NCBI GenBank assembly: GCA_965116875.1
Contig: OZ220733.1
Location: forward strand, 672,001-736,000
Length of the DNA stretch: 64,000 nucleotides
Reading direction: 5' to 3'
From: Candidatus Latescibacterota bacterium
GTDB taxonomy: Bacteria; Latescibacterota; UBA2968; GCA-2709665
Numbering within the stretch: position 1 is the first letter of the stretch; each line of letters begins with the position of its first letter. Made by a program: the position numbers and the translations under genes. Below are positions 62,017 through 64,000 of the stretch, in pieces. The notes under the pieces are model-generated. The model was not told the origin of the DNA. It saw nothing but the letters and a program-made list of their open reading frames with translations, and ran no database searches.

Positions 62017-62496
62017 ATGAATACTCAGACGCTACGCATCCGCGAAACGCTCGCCAGAGACGAAAACTTGGCTACGGCCCGAGGCCGCGTTCTTGGGCAG
62101 ATCGTATTCTGCGAAGGCTGTTGCTGCGGTCAGACAGACAGGGGTTTCAAGGCGCTGCCCCGTGAATGGATCAAGCACCAGTGGAAAGTTGAAAAACTCA
62201 ACAGGTCGGTGCAACTGACGTTCTCCGGATGCCTTGGCCCGTGCGATCTGGTTAACGTCGTCTGTGTCGTCTCGGCTGAACGGATGCAGTGGTTTGGAGA
62301 CCTCCAGGAACAGTGGCAATACGACCTGCTCCTGGATTGGGCCATTGCCTCGCGTGATGCTGGGGCCTTGATCGAAATGCCTGCCGAATTGAATCGACTC
62401 CGGTTTGAACGGTTCGCTGTTTCGAACCCCGGTAAGAACTCCGATTGCATGCGGTCACCCACCCAGGGCCGCAGCTTTCACGACGCATCCCCATGA
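62017..62496 (+). CDS. thioredoxin-like [2Fe-2S] ferredoxin-like protein
   Basis: CEGCCCG and SGCLGPC..NVV motifs. Confidence 0.7.
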   Translation: MNTQTLRIRETLARDENLATARGRVLGQIVFCEGCCCGQTDRGFKALPREWIKHQWKVEKLNRSVQLTFSGCLGPCDLVNVVCVVSAERMQWFGDLQEQWQYDLLLDWAIASRDAGALIEMPAELNRLRFERFAVSNPGKNSDCMRSPTQGRSFHDASP

Positions 62497-62541
62497 ACAA
62501 CAGACTCACCAGCCAGGGCAGCAATTCGGCCCGCGTGCTTC

Positions 62542-63093
62542 TCATTCATCTCCACGGATCCTGGCCAGCGCGTCCCGTGCATCGTCTGCCATGAAACCCG
62601 TAGAATCTTTGGGATTTTCGCGTATCCGTTCGAGATACCTCACCGCCCGCTTCTCCCGGAACTCGCCGAGTTGCCGGATGATCGTTTCCCCCAGACCTGT
62701 GCCTATAGGATACCAGTCCCCTGACATGTGCTCGAAAATGCTCTTGAGCAGATCCAGCAGGTGCTGGCGAATCTCTTCCGAGTCCGGCGAGGGTTTCCAG
62801 ACGGAACGCGGGTTTTCCCTGCTCACCAACACATCGGGTTGACCGGCCTCGACCCGCCATTCCTCTTCCCAGCCGCCGTGGCGCATCACCGGTCCGATGG
62901 GGATGGGGTCGCGATCGGGCCGGCGATGCGGATGGTTCGCACAGTAGGTGTAGAAGGGGTCCTCCACCGCAATGTCCCTGATTTCACAATAGGGCGGTAT
63001 TCTCTTGTCGGCGTGCTGCAACCAGTCGCGCTCTCCCTGATTCCTTTTATTGAACCAGCAGGTTCCGCAACAATCGGATCCTCCATTTGGCAT
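62542..63093 (-). CDS. Cys-rich hypothetical protein with HEAT-like C-terminus
   Basis: MPNGGSDCCGTCWFN..CEIR..YCANHP; LGEFREKRAV.YL...ARDALARI. Confidence 0.75.
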   Translation of the reverse strand: MPNGGSDCCGTCWFNKRNQGERDWLQHADKRIPPYCEIRDIAVEDPFYTYCANHPHRRPDRDPIPIGPVMRHGGWEEEWRVEAGQPDVLVSRENPRSVWKPSPDSEEIRQHLLDLLKSIFEHMSGDWYPIGTGLGETIIRQLGEFREKRAVRYLERIRENPKDSTGFMADDARDALARIRGDE

Positions 63094-63207
63094 CGCTCAG
63101 CCCTCCTCCCGTTCGAACTTTCAGCACCGCAACCGCAATCCTTCGTGGAAAATCGCCCATCGTCACATCGCTCGGTCCCAGGATAGAACACTATCGGTTG
63201 ACGATAC

Positions 63208-63231
63208 GTAGGGGCGACCGGCCGGTCGCCC
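63208..63231 (+). repeat. GTAG-type REP palindrome
   Basis: Identical to 43732-43755. Confidence 0.75.
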
Positions 63232-63396
63232 GTGCGGATTCCGTGCACGAATCGAATTACAGCGAACCCGCAGCGATGACCGGCAGACGGCCTGCTGGCG
63301 TCGATTTATGGTTGCCAATTTGTTGGTTATAACGTACAATTGACCTCCTGCGGAGTTCACCGTTTCCTTCCTGACTGACTACAAGGAACGTTCCCG

Positions 63397-63708
63397 ATGA
63401 AGCCTTCCGTCCTATTTGAAAAACACCATTTTGAATTCCTCAGTGATCCCGAACGCGCGCGCGCCTACCTCGAGGTGGCGCTCGAGGAAACCGCCAGAGA
63501 CCAGGACAAGTCGGCCCTTCTGCTGGCGCTCAAGGACGTTGCCACCGCGCGAGGCGGGCTGGGACGATTGGCCAGGCAGGCAAACCTGAACCGGGCCCAT
63601 GTATACAGGGCGCTATCAGCAAACGGGAATCCACGTCTGGATACGATGGAGAAGATCCTGAACAGCCTCGGTTTCAGATTGTCTATCGAACCGCTGGCAG
63701 AGCGTTAG
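63397..63708 (+). CDS. addiction-module antidote (HTH antitoxin)
   Basis: AYL..ALE, ALKDVA.ARGG...LA....LNR...YRALS..GNPRLDT..KIL..LG. Confidence 0.88.
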   Translation: MKPSVLFEKHHFEFLSDPERARAYLEVALEETARDQDKSALLLALKDVATARGGLGRLARQANLNRAHVYRALSANGNPRLDTMEKILNSLGFRLSIEPLAER

Positions 63709-64000
63709 AAATGAGCGTACGGCCATCGGCCGTCGCTCAAGGTGTCGCACAATGCAACAGCGACGCGACGGGTGGCCGTCGATCGATTCGGCGCTCCAAC
63801 GGTACGTACCCAACGCCCTTTCTCCACCATGCTGCACACCTGAATCAGTCTCGTTTCCAATCCTGACATTAACCTTGATGCGTCGTTTTTCGGTGACGTT
63901 CGTTCGTATATGTGCAAGTTGACAAAGGCGATTCAACTGCTGATTACCAGGATACACCAGGTTGCTGGACGTCAACTGAAAAAATGTCCTTCCAGACGAC

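Noticed and set aside
63705-64000. Toxin or other CDS at the window end
   Set aside because: No frame gave a recognisable family and the sequence is cut by the window edge

Overview
GC-rich bacterial chromosomal window. FlgD-Ig/T9SS-like sorting domains, dockerin-like EF-hand pairs, sulfatases and LRR proteins suggest an uncultured FCB-group lineage such as Latescibacterota; this is inference only. Layout: (1) two tRNA-Ser, gltX and tRNA-Gln; (2) an AT-richer, decaying accessory stretch (about 2.5-7.2 kb); (3) three secreted cohesin/dockerin modular proteins carrying vWA, FGE-sulfatase (CLec-fold) and LRR domains, with an orphan alternative C-terminal CLec cassette downstream and nested palindromic operators upstream; (4) housekeeping genes (adenosine deaminase-like, prs, glnS, manA-like); (5) a catabolic run with two Thr-nucleophile sulfatase-like enzymes, a C45 peptidase and a BNR-amidase fusion, then ubiA/ubiX-like genes; (6) a SelW/Rdx selenoprotein missed by the ORF track; (7) several toxin-antitoxin loci in which the toxin is broken or absent; (8) metH, an HMT-MTHFR fusion and an MTHFR-like gene; (9) a six-Ig-domain surface protein; (10) a Zur-boxed metal-uptake operon with a COG0523 GTPase, a WD40 protein and a ferredoxin-like protein. 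All family calls come from motif recognition by eye, not from database searches.
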